The notes beneath the pieces were generated by a model. That model did not search any database, was not told the origin of the DNA, and was given only the letters and a program-made list of their open reading frames with translations. A stretch of 63,717 nucleotides of DNA, counting the filler, from Craspedostauros australis (lineage: Eukaryota), in NCBI GenBank assembly GCA_030167865.1. It is 9 parts of 9 records of this genome, joined end to end, with 100 filler letters (N's around TTAATTAATTAA, not from the genome) between each part and the next. Parts side by side here need not be neighbours in the genome. Positions count along the whole stretch, not along the records: positions 7,640 to 15,898 come from JALAGF010006026.1; positions 15,999 to 34,969 come from JALAGF010006027.1; 7 more parts are not named here. One strand, written 5' to 3'. A program made the translations under genes and the position numbers. How positions within the stretch are numbered: position 1 is the first letter of the stretch; each line of letters opens with the position of its first letter. Below, one piece after another: positions 12,257 to 24,802 of the stretch.

Positions 12257-13174
12257 TTTGATGGAAAGACCACCATGTGGGCCAGAGTGCCAAATGGAGT
12301 CGCTGTCATCCTCTTCTTCCTCTTCATGTCCATCGTCGGTATGCTGGAGGGTATGCAGATTGCCTTCTTCGCTGTCGCCAAGCTTCCAAAGGAGGAGCGT
12401 GGAGACCACCCAATGGCACGCAAGACCTGCGAGCTCCTCTTCCAAGGTGACAGACGCAACCTTCCAGGATTCATGATCGGACGTCAGATCTGCGTGACCA
12501 TGTGCTTCTTCATCATTGCCCGTGTTACCACTCTTGATGTCGAGGTCGGAACTGGCAAGAACATCTTCGGAGTCTCCGACAGCACCCAGGAATTCTTCAA
12601 CACCGGACTTCTTGGAGCCCTCATCACCACCATCATCGCCTCCATCACATGGCAGCTGGTCGCATCCGTCTTCCCCATCGCCTTCCTCTCCAACCCAATC
12701 GTCTACATCTTCCTCCAGTTCTGTCTGTTGTTGGAAGCCACCGGTATCTGCTCCGGAGCCTGGGTCCTTGCCTCCATTCACAAGGCCGTCTCTGGCTTCC
12801 AGCTTGATGAGGTGTACATTGGCACCCCAGAGGAGCGCGCCGCCGGCATGAAGCCAGACCACCAGAGCAACCGCAACATGCACCTTGGAACCAACATGCT
12901 TGTCGGCGAGGCAGGTTCTACCGCCGTTCCACGCGAGTACCTCGAGCTCCAGAAGGCTTTGGCTGCACAGAACGAGTCTTACTCCGTCCGCCGTGAGCGC
13001 ATCCTGTCGAACATCAAGGGACTCCGCGAGAAGATCAACTCGTGCAGCAACGACGACGACTCCGCCGTCTTCGAGTCTGCCCTTCGCATGGAGACTGCTG
13101 CCATGAACAAGCTGAACCAGGAGGAGAACGACAGTGCCGCCGAGAGTGACGAGGAGAAGGGTGTGCAGAAGTAA
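12257..13174 (+). pseudogene. SIT: Silicon transporter, C-terminal part (about TM7-10 plus coiled-coil tail)
   Basis: Motifs FDGKTTMW, LEGMQIAFFAVAKL, FMIGRQICV, FPIAFLSNP, DEVYIGTPEER. The frame is intact, with an in-frame ATG at 12275. Confidence 0.93.
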
Positions 13175-13609
13175 GCACGTTGACACTTGGTGCATCGATG
13201 CGCAACCACAATGCGCCACAACAACACACCAACACACCCTCACATCTACACATACATCACGCCGCCATCGGTATCTTTGAGATGCATCGCGAATCTCAGA
13301 CCATGGCGCCGCTTGTTTCCAAGAGAGGAAAAGCGCAATCGCATGCCATACACGGAATCCGCCACAACACATCGCAACACATTACAATGCATGGATTAGA
13401 CAGAGGTGCCATGACCTTGCAACACGAAGTGACGTTGAGCACAGAACAGCATACCATCTTCTCATAGTGCAATATTTGTTGTTCACTGAACATTAATAAT
13501 AACGACTGATTTACGTCGACGATGGATGTGAAGCACTTGACAGCTGCGAAGCGAGATTCCATTGACGGGTGGGTGGTTGGTTCTTGTCCAATTTGAATCC
13601 ATGCTCTCA

Positions 13610-15784
13610 TCAAGCAAGAGTGGTCAAGTAGTCGACAACATCAGTGTGGCTCTGTTCTTTCGCAATGTCCAGCGCAGTGAAGCCATCGTAATCTTTGATG
13701 CTGATGTCTGCGTTGCACGATTCCACCAAGTACTTCACGACCTTCAATTCACCATTCCAACTTGCCCGACAAAGCGGAGTTCTGCAATAATTGTTTTGAA
13801 TGTTGACATTTGCGTTGCAGACTTCCACCAAATACTTCACGACCTCCAAGTTGCCATTTGCGCTCGCAAGGTGCAGTGGAGTGCCGCCATAATTGCTGGT
13901 GTTGATGTTGATATCTACCTTGCCTTGTTCAACCAACGACTTCACAACGTCGAGATTCCCAGCAATGCTTGCGCGATGGAGGACGGTGGAGCCATCCTCG
14001 TCTTTCACGTTCAAATCGACATTAGGTGTTCCGATGAGATACTTGACAATGTCGACGTGATTGTTATGATGTGCCTTGAAGATTGGAGTCTCGTGTTTGT
14101 CGTTCTCAGCGTTGATGTTGGCTTTGCCGGATTCAACCAGCCACTTCACAACATCGAGATGGCCATCGCCACTTGCGAGATGGAGCACGGTGTTACCATC
14201 CTCGTGTCGGGGGTTGGGATGTATGATCGATGTTCCGATGAGATACTCGACAACATCGAAGTGGCTGTGGCAATATGCCTTGTAGAGGGGAGTCTCGCAC
14301 TCATGATTCTCACCGTTGATGTTGGCTTCGCCTGATTCCAACAAATGCTTCACAACATCGAGATATCCATCCGCGGTTGCAAGATGGAGTGCAGTGTTGC
14401 CAGCCTTGTTCTCTGCGCTGACATCGATGATCGCGTTGCCCGAGTCCACCAAATGCTTCACCACATCCAGATGACCTCCGGCACTTGCGCAGTGAAGGGC
14501 AGTGTCGCCATCATTGTTCTTGGCGTTGCCATCCACCTTCAGATCGTCTGACTTCAACAAGTACTCCACCATACCTAGATGACCTCCAACACTTGCGCAG
14601 TGAAGGGCAGTGTTGCCATTCTCGTCCTTGATATTGATGTCCACCTGACCTGACTCCTCCAACCATTTCACAACATTCAGATGACCTTTGGAATATGCAG
14701 ACTGAAGAGCCGTGCCACCAGCATCATTCTCAACATGAACATCTGCCTTGCACGACTTCACCAGGTACTCTGCAACATCCAGATGGCCATTTCTGTACGC
14801 AACATGAAGCGCGGTATCGCCGTCATTGTTCTGGACGTCGATAGCCACAGCACGAGCCTCCATCACATACTGCAAGATATCAAGATGACCCTTCAGACAC
14901 GCATGGTGGACCGGAGTACAGCCAAATTCGTCTTGCACATTGATTTCCACTCCATGTGATCCAACGAGGTATTCCACAACATCCAAACGCCCACGAAGAC
15001 ACGCGGCATGGAGGGCATTCTCACCCTTCTCATCTTGCACGAGAGCGCTTGCAGAATGTGACTCGATCAGAGTCTTCACGATGGCCACATTTCCCTCGGT
15101 ACATGCGTCGTGGAGTGCAACCTTACCGCAGTTATCCTGGAGGTTGACATCTGCAGCATGTGACCCGGCCAGGTATTCCACAACCTCGACGTTGCCCTGT
15201 GCGCATGCATAGTGTAGCGCAGTCTCTCCATCCATGGATTGGGCATTGATGTTTGCTCCGCATGACTCCATCAACTGTTGGATCGTTTCAAGCTGGCCGT
15301 TGGAACATGCGAGGTGGAGTGAAGTCTTGTCGCGGTCATCCTTGATCGCGTCGATGGAGGTTTGTGGAAATTCCATCTTCCATGCGGTGAGGATGTCCAC
15401 ATCTCCTTGTTCTGCGGCGCGCAGAAGATCCTGGTCGGTGACGGTCGGGTTGGATGCATCACCAGGGGTCGACTTGAGCGAAAGGAGAGATGACCATTTT
15501 GCGGTTTGTGTTGACGAAGCCCGGAGGTTGCGCAATGGTGAGGTGGACAGTATAGCGAGTCGTGGAAGGATGAAGACCATGATGGAGCTGGCGTGTTTCG
15601 AGATGGAACGGCTTGTTGCTGAGATCAGATCAATGCGACGGTTTTTTCGATGTGATTTGAATGATTGTTTGGCTGGTCGTAGTCGCTTGATCGCATCTCT
15701 GTTTGCCTTTATGAGGCTGGTGGTCTGTTTCATGGTCATTGCTGGTGGTATCCCGTGCTCCGTTTCACCCAGCGTGCATGGCAT
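13610..15784 (-). CDS. Ankyrin repeat protein (many tandem repeats)
   Basis: Repeated G.TALH.A...GHLDVV.YL units of about 34 aa. The true start may be at 15580. Confidence 0.92.
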   Translation of the reverse strand: MPCTLGETEHGIPPAMTMKQTTSLIKANRDAIKRLRPAKQSFKSHRKNRRIDLISATSRSISKHASSIMVFILPRLAILSTSPLRNLRASSTQTAKWSSLLSLKSTPGDASNPTVTDQDLLRAAEQGDVDILTAWKMEFPQTSIDAIKDDRDKTSLHLACSNGQLETIQQLMESCGANINAQSMDGETALHYACAQGNVEVVEYLAGSHAADVNLQDNCGKVALHDACTEGNVAIVKTLIESHSASALVQDEKGENALHAACLRGRLDVVEYLVGSHGVEINVQDEFGCTPVHHACLKGHLDILQYVMEARAVAIDVQNNDGDTALHVAYRNGHLDVAEYLVKSCKADVHVENDAGGTALQSAYSKGHLNVVKWLEESGQVDINIKDENGNTALHCASVGGHLGMVEYLLKSDDLKVDGNAKNNDGDTALHCASAGGHLDVVKHLVDSGNAIIDVSAENKAGNTALHLATADGYLDVVKHLLESGEANINGENHECETPLYKAYCHSHFDVVEYLIGTSIIHPNPRHEDGNTVLHLASGDGHLDVVKWLVESGKANINAENDKHETPIFKAHHNNHVDIVKYLIGTPNVDLNVKDEDGSTVLHRASIAGNLDVVKSLVEQGKVDININTSNYGGTPLHLASANGNLEVVKYLVEVCNANVNIQNNYCRTPLCRASWNGELKVVKYLVESCNADISIKDYDGFTALDIAKEQSHTDVVDYLTTLA

Positions 15785-16869
15785 TCCGTTGATGACTGTT
15801 TCACGATGTTTTTCGTTTCACATTGTTACCGTGATGTCGCTGTGATCACCCGATCTACTTTGGCATCAACGTGAACATCAGCTTGAGCATTGGCTTGANN
15901 NNNNNNNNNNNNNNNNNNNNNNNNNNNNNNNNNNNNNNNNNNTTAATTAATTAANNNNNNNNNNNNNNNNNNNNNNNNNNNNNNNNNNNNNNNNNNNNAG
16001 AATAGGTACCTTCATGACCTCCTAACCCATCCAATATACGTTTTAAGAATGTAGTTCTTCTACATATATCTAAAGGAAGTATATGGTAAGGCCTCTTAAA
16101 GTTTATATCAGGATCGCAGATGCGACGCCGACTTTGGTGTACTATTTTGGCTCAGGCGGGTCATAAACACCTCGTTCTCTTCTCGTGTGGTGCCAGGAGA
16201 GATGATTGGGACGCGTCCACTTGAGTTGAATGCCGCGCTTTTGTTTGGACTGGCACAGACAATCGCTGCAGGTCTCGAGGACGGTGGTGCTCCCAGGCCA
16301 TACACATGTGCGGGAATGCACCATCGCCACTGTGTGCCGGTGTTCCGTGGGTGTGGTCGTGCGAATGAGGTCGTCCGCAATACATATACCGGACCTCGGT
16401 TAGTTGTATGGGATGTATATGTCCTTGGTTGGATGTGGGCTCGCGGCATCGAAGCAAACAGGACATCAAATGCAGCTGGTTTCGACAGCCACATCTTGGG
16501 TTCGTGTATGACGAAGCGCTGTGATCGATCGGCGAAAAAGTCCCAACACACAGTGCCCTGTTGTCGAAATGTCAGGCTTCGGTACCTGGACGCAGACCTC
16601 TTCGTCTGCGCGAGTCTGCGACGACGTGTCTCATCTTTTTGCCCGTCAATCCATGGCCACATCCATAAAGACTCGGAATGGGCTACTCCGCTCTGCCACG
16701 GCACGACAAAACACCATCCCATACGAGCTAATACCCTGGCACACCGTCCGATTATGATGCGTACCGTACCTACGATGTTGCTGTCTCTCTCTCTTTCTCT
16801 CTAGAGAGAGATTCTATGCTCTACTCGTGCAAAACTACTCTATGTATAATAGAAATGTCATGCCATCCA

Positions 16870-18867
16870 CTACTTTTGCCCAGCCCCGTACGTCGGGGCT
16901 ACGGAGGCTGCTTCCGTTGCTCTCGCTGCAGTTGGTTTTGTTTCCGTTTCCGTCATCGCGGCTGATGGAGATGCTGTTTGTCTTTGGCGCTGTGCTTGGA
17001 TCTGCATCGCCTGTCGTACACCGCGGAGAGCTTCAGTTTCGATCTTTGCTCTCGGTGACATATGAGGTTGTTCAACAGCACTTGTAGCGTGGGCATTCTC
17101 CGCATGAAATAGATCGTTGCGATCATGCTTGGTCAATGATTCCCATTCCTGAATATCTGGCAACGATCCATCATTGGATGCGAGTCGATCGTACTGTGAC
17201 GGGATGTGGCCGCTTGAACTCTCGCTGCTGGTTGGAAACGGTGAAGTGATTGGTGGAGAGGGAATGCCGTCGAAATTGCTGCTGCCTTCTAGTATTGGTT
17301 GGGATGCTGATTGGCGCGTTGCGATCCAACTGGTGGTTGAACCGAAGAGTTGCTTGGCATGAGGCACCGCCGAGGTGAGGATTCGACGATTGTCAGCGCT
17401 TCGTTTGCCATGCTTGTTGAATTCGGTGCTGTAGCTTGTCTGTAACCCGCGATGTGCTCCATCTTTGCCTGGTGGCAACTGGCCAAAGTTGCTCACCAAG
17501 TGTGCAAGTCCGCCTGTAGTCGTAGTAGTCCGGTCGCCGAGCAATGCTGTATGCCCTTGCGGCTGCTTTGGTTCCATCCCTGGTACCATCGCATGCTGCA
17601 GCTTGTGAATGTTGAACTGTTGCTGCAAGGGTAACTTGTCAGTGGAACTTCTCATCGCACTTTGTTGCTTCTGCTCTTCCATGGCACCAGTATCCCTTGG
17701 TGTGACGGAGTCTAGCCCTTGCAAGGTCGACATAGGATGCGTGTGGACGCTTGATTGAGACCTGCTGTGTTGCAGTCGAGCTAGAGCCATCTCTGTCCTC
17801 CCCGCAGCACCTTGAGTGCCACTATTCGCTTGCACTGCATCGGCTTGGATAGTCGTGACCCCTGCACGATCTCCCCCCGACAAAATTGATGCATTCCGTG
17901 TGGCCTCCTGTGATGTGAGGGATGAAAATGGATTCATAAGCTGGGTTGGCTGAGTCGATGCTGATGTTGGCATTGGGATTGACCCCGACAATGGTACTGG
18001 AAACGGTGCTGGCAGAGGCATGGCTCTGCCATTCCACACGGACGCTGATGGGATGGGATCGAACGTGGATTTCATGGCATCGATGCTCCCGCCCGCCACG
18101 TTCAGCTGTTGGGGGTCCAGGGCAGATGTATGAAAATGGTTTGGTAGACCATTGTTCACGTCTGCGCGGCCATTCGATGATTGAATCACCGACGATGATC
18201 CTCCTGCTGCTGTTCCAAAGTTGTACCCCGCTCCTCTGAAGCTGCTACCGCCAGTCGATGATAGGTGCGATTGTGACGTGCCAGAAGCCATCGGCATCAT
18301 CAAGGATGTTGTCGCTTGCCCCATGTCGAGACTCGATGCCAATGCATCGTTTTGGAGGTTCTGCGGAGGCAATGGCAGCGATGACGACGGTGGTGGAGAT
18401 ATCGACGTTAAATTCCGGCTCGACGTCGCGCTTGTCATGGACGTAAGACCATCGATGGATTGGGCAAAGGAAGGAACAATTGTGATGGAAGTATCCTGGG
18501 TAGGGAGGGCCCCGCCGAGGCCAGACTGCTTCGAGGTTGCCTGAGACGATTCGTTCTTGGTAACCTTTTTGGGCGTCATCTGCTTGCACAGCTCTCGGTC
18601 CCACTCCACGAACATGTCGTTGCGATACCCACCCTTGTCAGGCCCCTCCCGTATCCGATCGAAGGAGTAGATGTACAGCTGGCGTTGGAAGCTCTTGAAT
18701 TTGGATTGTCTGAAGTACCGTCTCATGATAGTCGCTTCGAATACTTTGGGTTGGTGCACACGAAACGACATGCCGTCGCTTGACCATGAGATGACATCGG
18801 TGATGTTCTCCTTCCTGGCCTGTTCCAGCATCATGTGCAGCTTCAGCGGGAATGGTGTGCGGTTCAT
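16870..18867 (-). CDS. Heat-shock factor (HSF) family transcription factor
   Basis: HSF DNA-binding domain PFPLKLHMML...VISWSSDGMSFRVH...YFRQSKFKSFQRQLYIYSF followed by a long disordered region. Start uncertain; the frame is open to 19149. Confidence 0.9.
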   Translation of the reverse strand: MNRTPFPLKLHMMLEQARKENITDVISWSSDGMSFRVHQPKVFEATIMRRYFRQSKFKSFQRQLYIYSFDRIREGPDKGGYRNDMFVEWDRELCKQMTPKKVTKNESSQATSKQSGLGGALPTQDTSITIVPSFAQSIDGLTSMTSATSSRNLTSISPPPSSSLPLPPQNLQNDALASSLDMGQATTSLMMPMASGTSQSHLSSTGGSSFRGAGYNFGTAAGGSSSVIQSSNGRADVNNGLPNHFHTSALDPQQLNVAGGSIDAMKSTFDPIPSASVWNGRAMPLPAPFPVPLSGSIPMPTSASTQPTQLMNPFSSLTSQEATRNASILSGGDRAGVTTIQADAVQANSGTQGAAGRTEMALARLQHSRSQSSVHTHPMSTLQGLDSVTPRDTGAMEEQKQQSAMRSSTDKLPLQQQFNIHKLQHAMVPGMEPKQPQGHTALLGDRTTTTTGGLAHLVSNFGQLPPGKDGAHRGLQTSYSTEFNKHGKRSADNRRILTSAVPHAKQLFGSTTSWIATRQSASQPILEGSSNFDGIPSPPITSPFPTSSESSSGHIPSQYDRLASNDGSLPDIQEWESLTKHDRNDLFHAENAHATSAVEQPHMSPRAKIETEALRGVRQAMQIQAQRQRQTASPSAAMTETETKPTAARATEAASVAPTYGAGQK

Positions 18868-21800
18868 TTGGTTGCTACGACACCGCACCGTCCCCGTCAA
18901 GTCTGGGACGCTGGAATGGTTGTTGAGTTGTGAGTTGTGAATGGCGGCTATCGTCGTCGTGGTTGGCGTCGTCTCGGTTGACGTTCGTGTGGGGGTTGGC
19001 TGTAGTAGCGATATCGTCGTTCGTGAGGTGAAGGTCCGACCGATGTGGAGATTCGATATGGAAGTCGGAATGAATGTGATCGTTGCAGAGTATTGGATTG
19101 TTGTGGACTGTCTTGGATCGTTCTCGATCGCTGTTACCACTGCAAACAATCCTCCCGCACTCGATCGGGGACTGCGATCAATGATGTGGGCGTATTCTTC
19201 AACGTGCTGATGTGCCCCTGGGATCAGTCAGAGAATGTACGAGCTGTGGTACGAGTACGCGTATGTCAGCTGCGGGCAAGGACCGAAGGTACGATACGTA
19301 CCACACACACGCACACAATAACGGCGCCCCTGCACGTTGAGACAGGACCAAATGCAAAAAGTCGAGTTGCGCGCACGAGAGTCGGCGGAAAGCGGCGACT
19401 GTCCGATTTGCGGGACGGTGAATGGATGTGGTGCTGATCTTTCTTGTTTGTCTGAGGGAGGTTTTGGGGATGTCCGTGCCCGAATGGAATCGCTGTTGTT
19501 GTTTGCTCTCTGTGGTGTGCCAGTTGACATTGGTGTTGATGTTGACGTTGATGTTGACGTGGCCTTTGGTTGTGCTGTGGCTGTGCCGTGGACACCTCGT
19601 ACATACGAGTATGCATCAAAAGTCGCTGATGGTCAAGATTCCTTCGTCGATGGATGACTTCTCTCTTGGTGTTGCCGTTGCGTGATTTTGGTGGCTTGGC
19701 TTTTTGTTGGCGGACGGGCAAGTGCCTCTCGCCACGCGCCCGCGGATGAACGGGTGAATGGACGGGTGAGTGAGTTTACGATGTATGGATGAATGGGCGG
19801 GGGTTCACGGTTGGTGACTTTGGTTGACATTGTTGACTTCACCGGCAGTCTTCTGCATCGTATGGTACGAGCTACGAGTATGCCGTCGGCGTGTACGAGG
19901 CACGGTACAGCACGGCACTCGTATGGAAAGTGTGCGTGGTGTGCAGCTGTTGACTTGTTCGTGGTTCTTGTCACTTTTGTGACTATTTGTACCTGCCTTC
20001 TCCTCCCAAGCCAAGGGGAGTGATCCTGGCTTCTTCGTTGTTCTCGCGCCGCCCTGCTCCGCCATTTCTTCTTCCTCTTTTTTCGCTCTTGTCCACGATT
20101 TGCGGACGCCCAAAAAGCAACAACAAACAACGGATGGGGACGGGGAAAGGGCACCGGCTGTTGGTGGAGCGTCGGTGTTGCGCACGTTGACTGACCACTC
20201 CTCAGCAGGTCAAAGCAGAAGGTCGTCTACGAGTAGAGTACGAGCTAATCCTATTGACACTGACATAGTCGTTCTATACGACTCCTGTGATGTTCTTCGT
20301 CATGTTTTCTTGTGTGCTCTATGTGCGTGCCCAGATGCTGAGATGATCTTGAAAGTAAATGCATAACTCAGACCTCTCTCGGCATCCCGCTTCGGATGCA
20401 ATGGCACGACGCTACAATGGCCATGCATATATAAAGCACTCGCACCGACTCTACTTTAATAGCTCGCATGATATTGTATTGATTGTATAATATTGTACAA
20501 TACTTTGCAATTTTATATAGAATAATTCTATTACATGTTACGCAACGAGCATGTATGGTACCATGCGAACATATAATATGTTGTGGCTTGTTGGTATGGC
20601 GAGAGCAATGAGCAAGTCCTTGGTGTCGCACGAACTGGGAGCACTCCCCCATCTGAGTGGTGCATTTGCTCGTATTGCACACCATGGCACCCGCATGCGC
20701 GCTGGTACGGAGAGGGCCGACACAGCAACTGGAGTCAGTTCGAACTCTTCTGACGATTCCTCTACATCGCGCTGTAGTCTCGCAACAATCACGCATAATA
20801 CAAGTGCAGTGGCTCGGATGTAGAGTGCTGCCACGGCGACCTCTCCTTTCCGACAAGAGAGGAGAGACAGAGTCTGGCCGCGCTGTGGGGGAGAAGAAAA
20901 TAAAGTGGACGACGAGCACAATCGGAGCGTGTGGTGAAACGTTTTTGCTGCCGCCATCGCCGGTTCCTCGGTGGCACTGTCGCTACTATGCCCAAACGTA
21001 CGCGACCAACTCCGAAGCGAACCACCGCATAACACCATCACAACAGGCCCCCAACACACCACCACAATGACAAAGTGCAATTGCCACGATATTTCTGTTG
21101 TTGAGGCATTATGCATTCTACTTTCTGTGAAGAGGAACAAAAAGTCTGATTGAAGCGCGCAGTTAACGAGGTGCCTGTGGCGCGGGTTCCTAAAGTACTA
21201 TTGTTGGAACGTGATGGCGTGAAGCCACACGAAACCACAAGGAAGAAACCAGAGAATCAGTGCCGCAACTTGATCAACATCAAACCGATAATTGAATGAT
21301 AGCAGGGCGTCGGATCCCGCTGCATTCATGTCCGCCTGAATACATATGCCATTGCGATGTGTGTTGATCTTCTCTGATGCATCGTCGATTCTAGTCCTGT
21401 CGACATGTCGGAGTAAGCGCATTGAATGTGTGTAATACACACGAGCGGTCTCCGGATTGGCTTCATGTTCCAATGAACCAGCCACAGGTTGTTCACTTCT
21501 CATCATCGCCTGTGCTGTCTAACGAGGACGAGTGGAGTCTGTACATCAGCAAACCACCCCCGACGAATACACCAATACAAGTGCATATCTTTTTTATTCT
21601 TCGTTGCGCAGCATCGATCACACATCACACCAGCCCGGCCAAAGGAGGCCTGTGATGCCGCACTCGCACACACAAATGAAATCAGACGCACTGCAAGTGT
21701 CCGAGGAGCGGCGCGGCATTTCGCACCATCGCCATTGTCAGTTCCAGGGGCGGATTTGGAGCACAACGGTCTGCACCTTTCGCGAACGATGTTGTTTCAG

Positions 21801-23280
21801 TCCATCAGAGGTCGAACGAGCGGGGTGGAGCAGGTCGTGCTATGGTAGGAGGAGGCGTCGATGTAACACTACGTCGCGAGAGAATCAAACATCCTTCTCT
21901 CATTGCCGCTACTGATCTATCCTTAGAATAGGAATGGGGAACCCAGGCAGCGGCAGTCTGCTCCACCAAAGAACACGCACAAACATGCCCTGAAATGCTA
22001 CCATGCAAACGAGTACTGTGCTGTGATCTGCGCTGCCTTGCCCATCACGCGAATTCAGTGTTCTCGACAGACAAACGTGCAATGACATCCATGAGTGACG
22101 CCAATTGACAGTGTTGCCCTTTTCGCGTGGAATTTGATTGATGGTGAATGAACACGATGAGAACATTTCAGCCTCCCAAGGTGCAGTTGCACCCGAGTCT
22201 TTGCCGGATGACTCGCGGGAGGAGATTAAGCTGAAACCTCTGGGGCTTAGAACTTACGGCAGGCTCCACCTCCCTGCCCATGACGTAACACAACACGACA
22301 CGACCAGAAGAGACCGCTAACTGGTGCGCTCTGGTGCACCCTACCAAACAAGGACCACGCCCGTCAAGCATCATAGCATGCGCTTTGTTCCACAAGAGCG
22401 CCAGATTGATTGGTGCCGTAATGGAGAGTCATACGATTACTGCCCAGGAAGAGTTGCGATGGTGTCCAATTGGAACAGAAGAGAACGGCACGCTCCACGC
22501 AGTTTCACATTGAAGCTCGCGGAGCACGCTCGCCAGATGAAACACAAGGTATGGTACAAGCACGAGCAACCATGCGACTACTCGAGAATACCATGCTCGA
22601 CGAATAGCCGTACATGCAAAGAGTTGAGGACTCCACACAAACTCGTGATAGATCACGATCTAAGTTCCTGTTGCTTCTGTGCAGCCGGTAGCATGAACAA
22701 CACGAGCACACATCCCACTCATCATGACCCAACAGGCTGTGTCTGTGTTTGGCGACGCACAAAGGAAGACAAGAGAGAGAACCCATGTGAGAAACCGTGC
22801 GTCGCGACACCGTCTTCTCCTTGAACCATCACTCGTCGAACATTTCGCGAGAGTGGTCCCTGGTTTCTTGTGTTTGCGTCGTGTTCGCGTTTCCGGATGA
22901 TACAACTCGATACATTCGACTGGTTCCTTCTTCTATATTCGTTCCACTAGTACAGGCGTTGATTGGTATCTCTTTCGTTTTCAGAGTATATCAATACAAT
23001 GGGTATCATGTGGGAAGTATATGTCTTCGAATTTCCTTGGGATCAAGTAATCCAGTTCCCGAACAGTTGTCACAGCAACACAAGAGAGCAGGAGTACCAC
23101 CGCCATGATCGCAACAGTCTCCGCATCACCGAGATCACACACTTAGCAACAGAAGACGCAAGAGGACTCCACTCTGCTCATAAGCGCATTGCGATCAACC
23201 CGAGGTGGTAAAGATAGCAACAACCAACTTCGACTGTGCCTGTGCCTGTGCCTGTGCCTGTGCTTGTGCCCGCTTCAATC

Positions 23281-24569
23281 ATGGCCACCATTGGGATTCA
23301 GGAGTTGCCGGATGTCTTCCACGATGTGACTCCGGTGCCTCAGAAGGACGGACCGGAGCCTGTGTGCGCGATCGCATACCCACAGGTCTTCACGACGGCA
23401 TATGACTACATGAGGGCCATGTGGCAAACGAAGGAACTCAGCGGTAAGGGTCGGTTGTTGTTCATCGGAGGGGAATCATTGGCTGTCACGTTGAATGCCA
23501 TGACGCACTCACGAACCGCCATGCTATGGAGATGGATGCCTCGTGCAATACGTACGAGTATGCGTGGTTTCATGCTGATATGCTGATATGCTGATGGCTG
23601 CATCACAGCATCATCATGCTCTTGCTCTGCTATCCTACCATTGTTCTAACTTTACTGCTTCTTGGTATTCTGTGACTTGCGTATGTATTACTTCACACTT
23701 CCAATGGTGTGCGTTTGTGTCTTTGGTGTTCAGAACGATCACTTCGGCTGACGGGGCTGTGCCTGCGGTTGAATCCTGCGAATTACACCGTCTGGCATTT
23801 CCGGAGACAATGCCTGTCCGCGCTTGGCCGCGCGGAGGACGGCGGCACGATCCAGCAGGACCTCGACCTCGCAGCGTCGTTGGGCGGGGACAATCCCAAG
23901 AATTACCAGATATGGTACCACCGACGCGCGCTGCTCGAGAAGTGCCCGTCGCTGAAGGATTTTGTGAAGAGCGAGCTGGAGTACATCGCGGACGTCCTCG
24001 ATGAGGATGGCAAGAACTACCACGCGTGGTCCCACCGCCAGTGGGTGGTGTCGGCAGCCAATGACGAGGAGCAATGGAAGAGCGAGATGGACTTCGCGAA
24101 GCGGCTCATCGATGACGACCCCAGAAACAATTCTGCCTGGAATCAGCGTTGGTTTTCGGTGCACCGTGGAAAGAAGGATGCGCTGACCTATGAGGTTGCG
24201 AGGGGAGAGTGCGATTTTGCCATCGGAGCCGGGGCCAACCTGGATCCCTTCAACGAAAGCCCGTGGAGATATTTGGTGGGCATCGTGAAGGAGCAATGGC
24301 GAGTCGACAAGACGACGGACCTGGTCGAGGAGTACGAGACGCAAGCGGCGGGGCTGCGTGCGATGTTGACGCAGGCCGACAAGTCACCAGACAGCTGCGT
24401 GAACCTGACTTCGGCGCGTATCGATTTATTGGAGATGAAGGGCGACAAGGCAGCGCTGGAGCTGGCAATGGCCCTATGCAAAGGGTTGATGGAGGAGCAC
24501 GATCAGATACGGTGCAAGTACTGGAACCTTCGAATCGATGAGATGGCGGCCAAGTGTCGTGCTCTGTGA
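23281..24569 (+). CDS. FNTA: Protein farnesyltransferase/geranylgeranyltransferase-I alpha subunit; exons 23281-23443 and 23734-24569
   Basis: Exon 1 contains DVTPVPQKDGPEPVCAIAY. The GTAAG...CAG intron at 23444-23733 splices in frame to give ELSERSLRLT. PPTA repeats: NPANYTVWHFR, PKNYQIWYHR, KNYHAWSHR, PRNNSAWNQR, PFNESPWRY. Confidence 0.95.
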
Positions 24570-24802
24570 GTGCTCTGTGTTACATCTTACGAGCGGAATC
24601 ACAAGTCAAGTGTGACAAATAACGTACTGCAAGCACTCCAGTACGTGTGTAATAACATGAGAGAAAGATGCAGAGAGCAAGGTCGCCCTCGCAGCCAGTA
24701 GAGTACTCTACTGTACCAGTCTGCTTAGATCAGCTTGTGAAGGTTACTGCTCTCTACCAGTAAAGGCAAACATCGAAGGCATCTCTCTCTCTCTCTCTCT
24801 AC

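Noticed and set aside
12233..14335. Long antisense ORFs (12233..13372 -, 13562..14335 +, also 10725..11561 -)
   Set aside because: Shadow frames of the codon-biased SIT and ankyrin genes.
19150..23280. Many short ORFs here and in 26400-27900 and 28900-32400
   Set aside because: No recognisable motifs; low-complexity intergenic or UTR-like sequence. Small spliced genes cannot be excluded.
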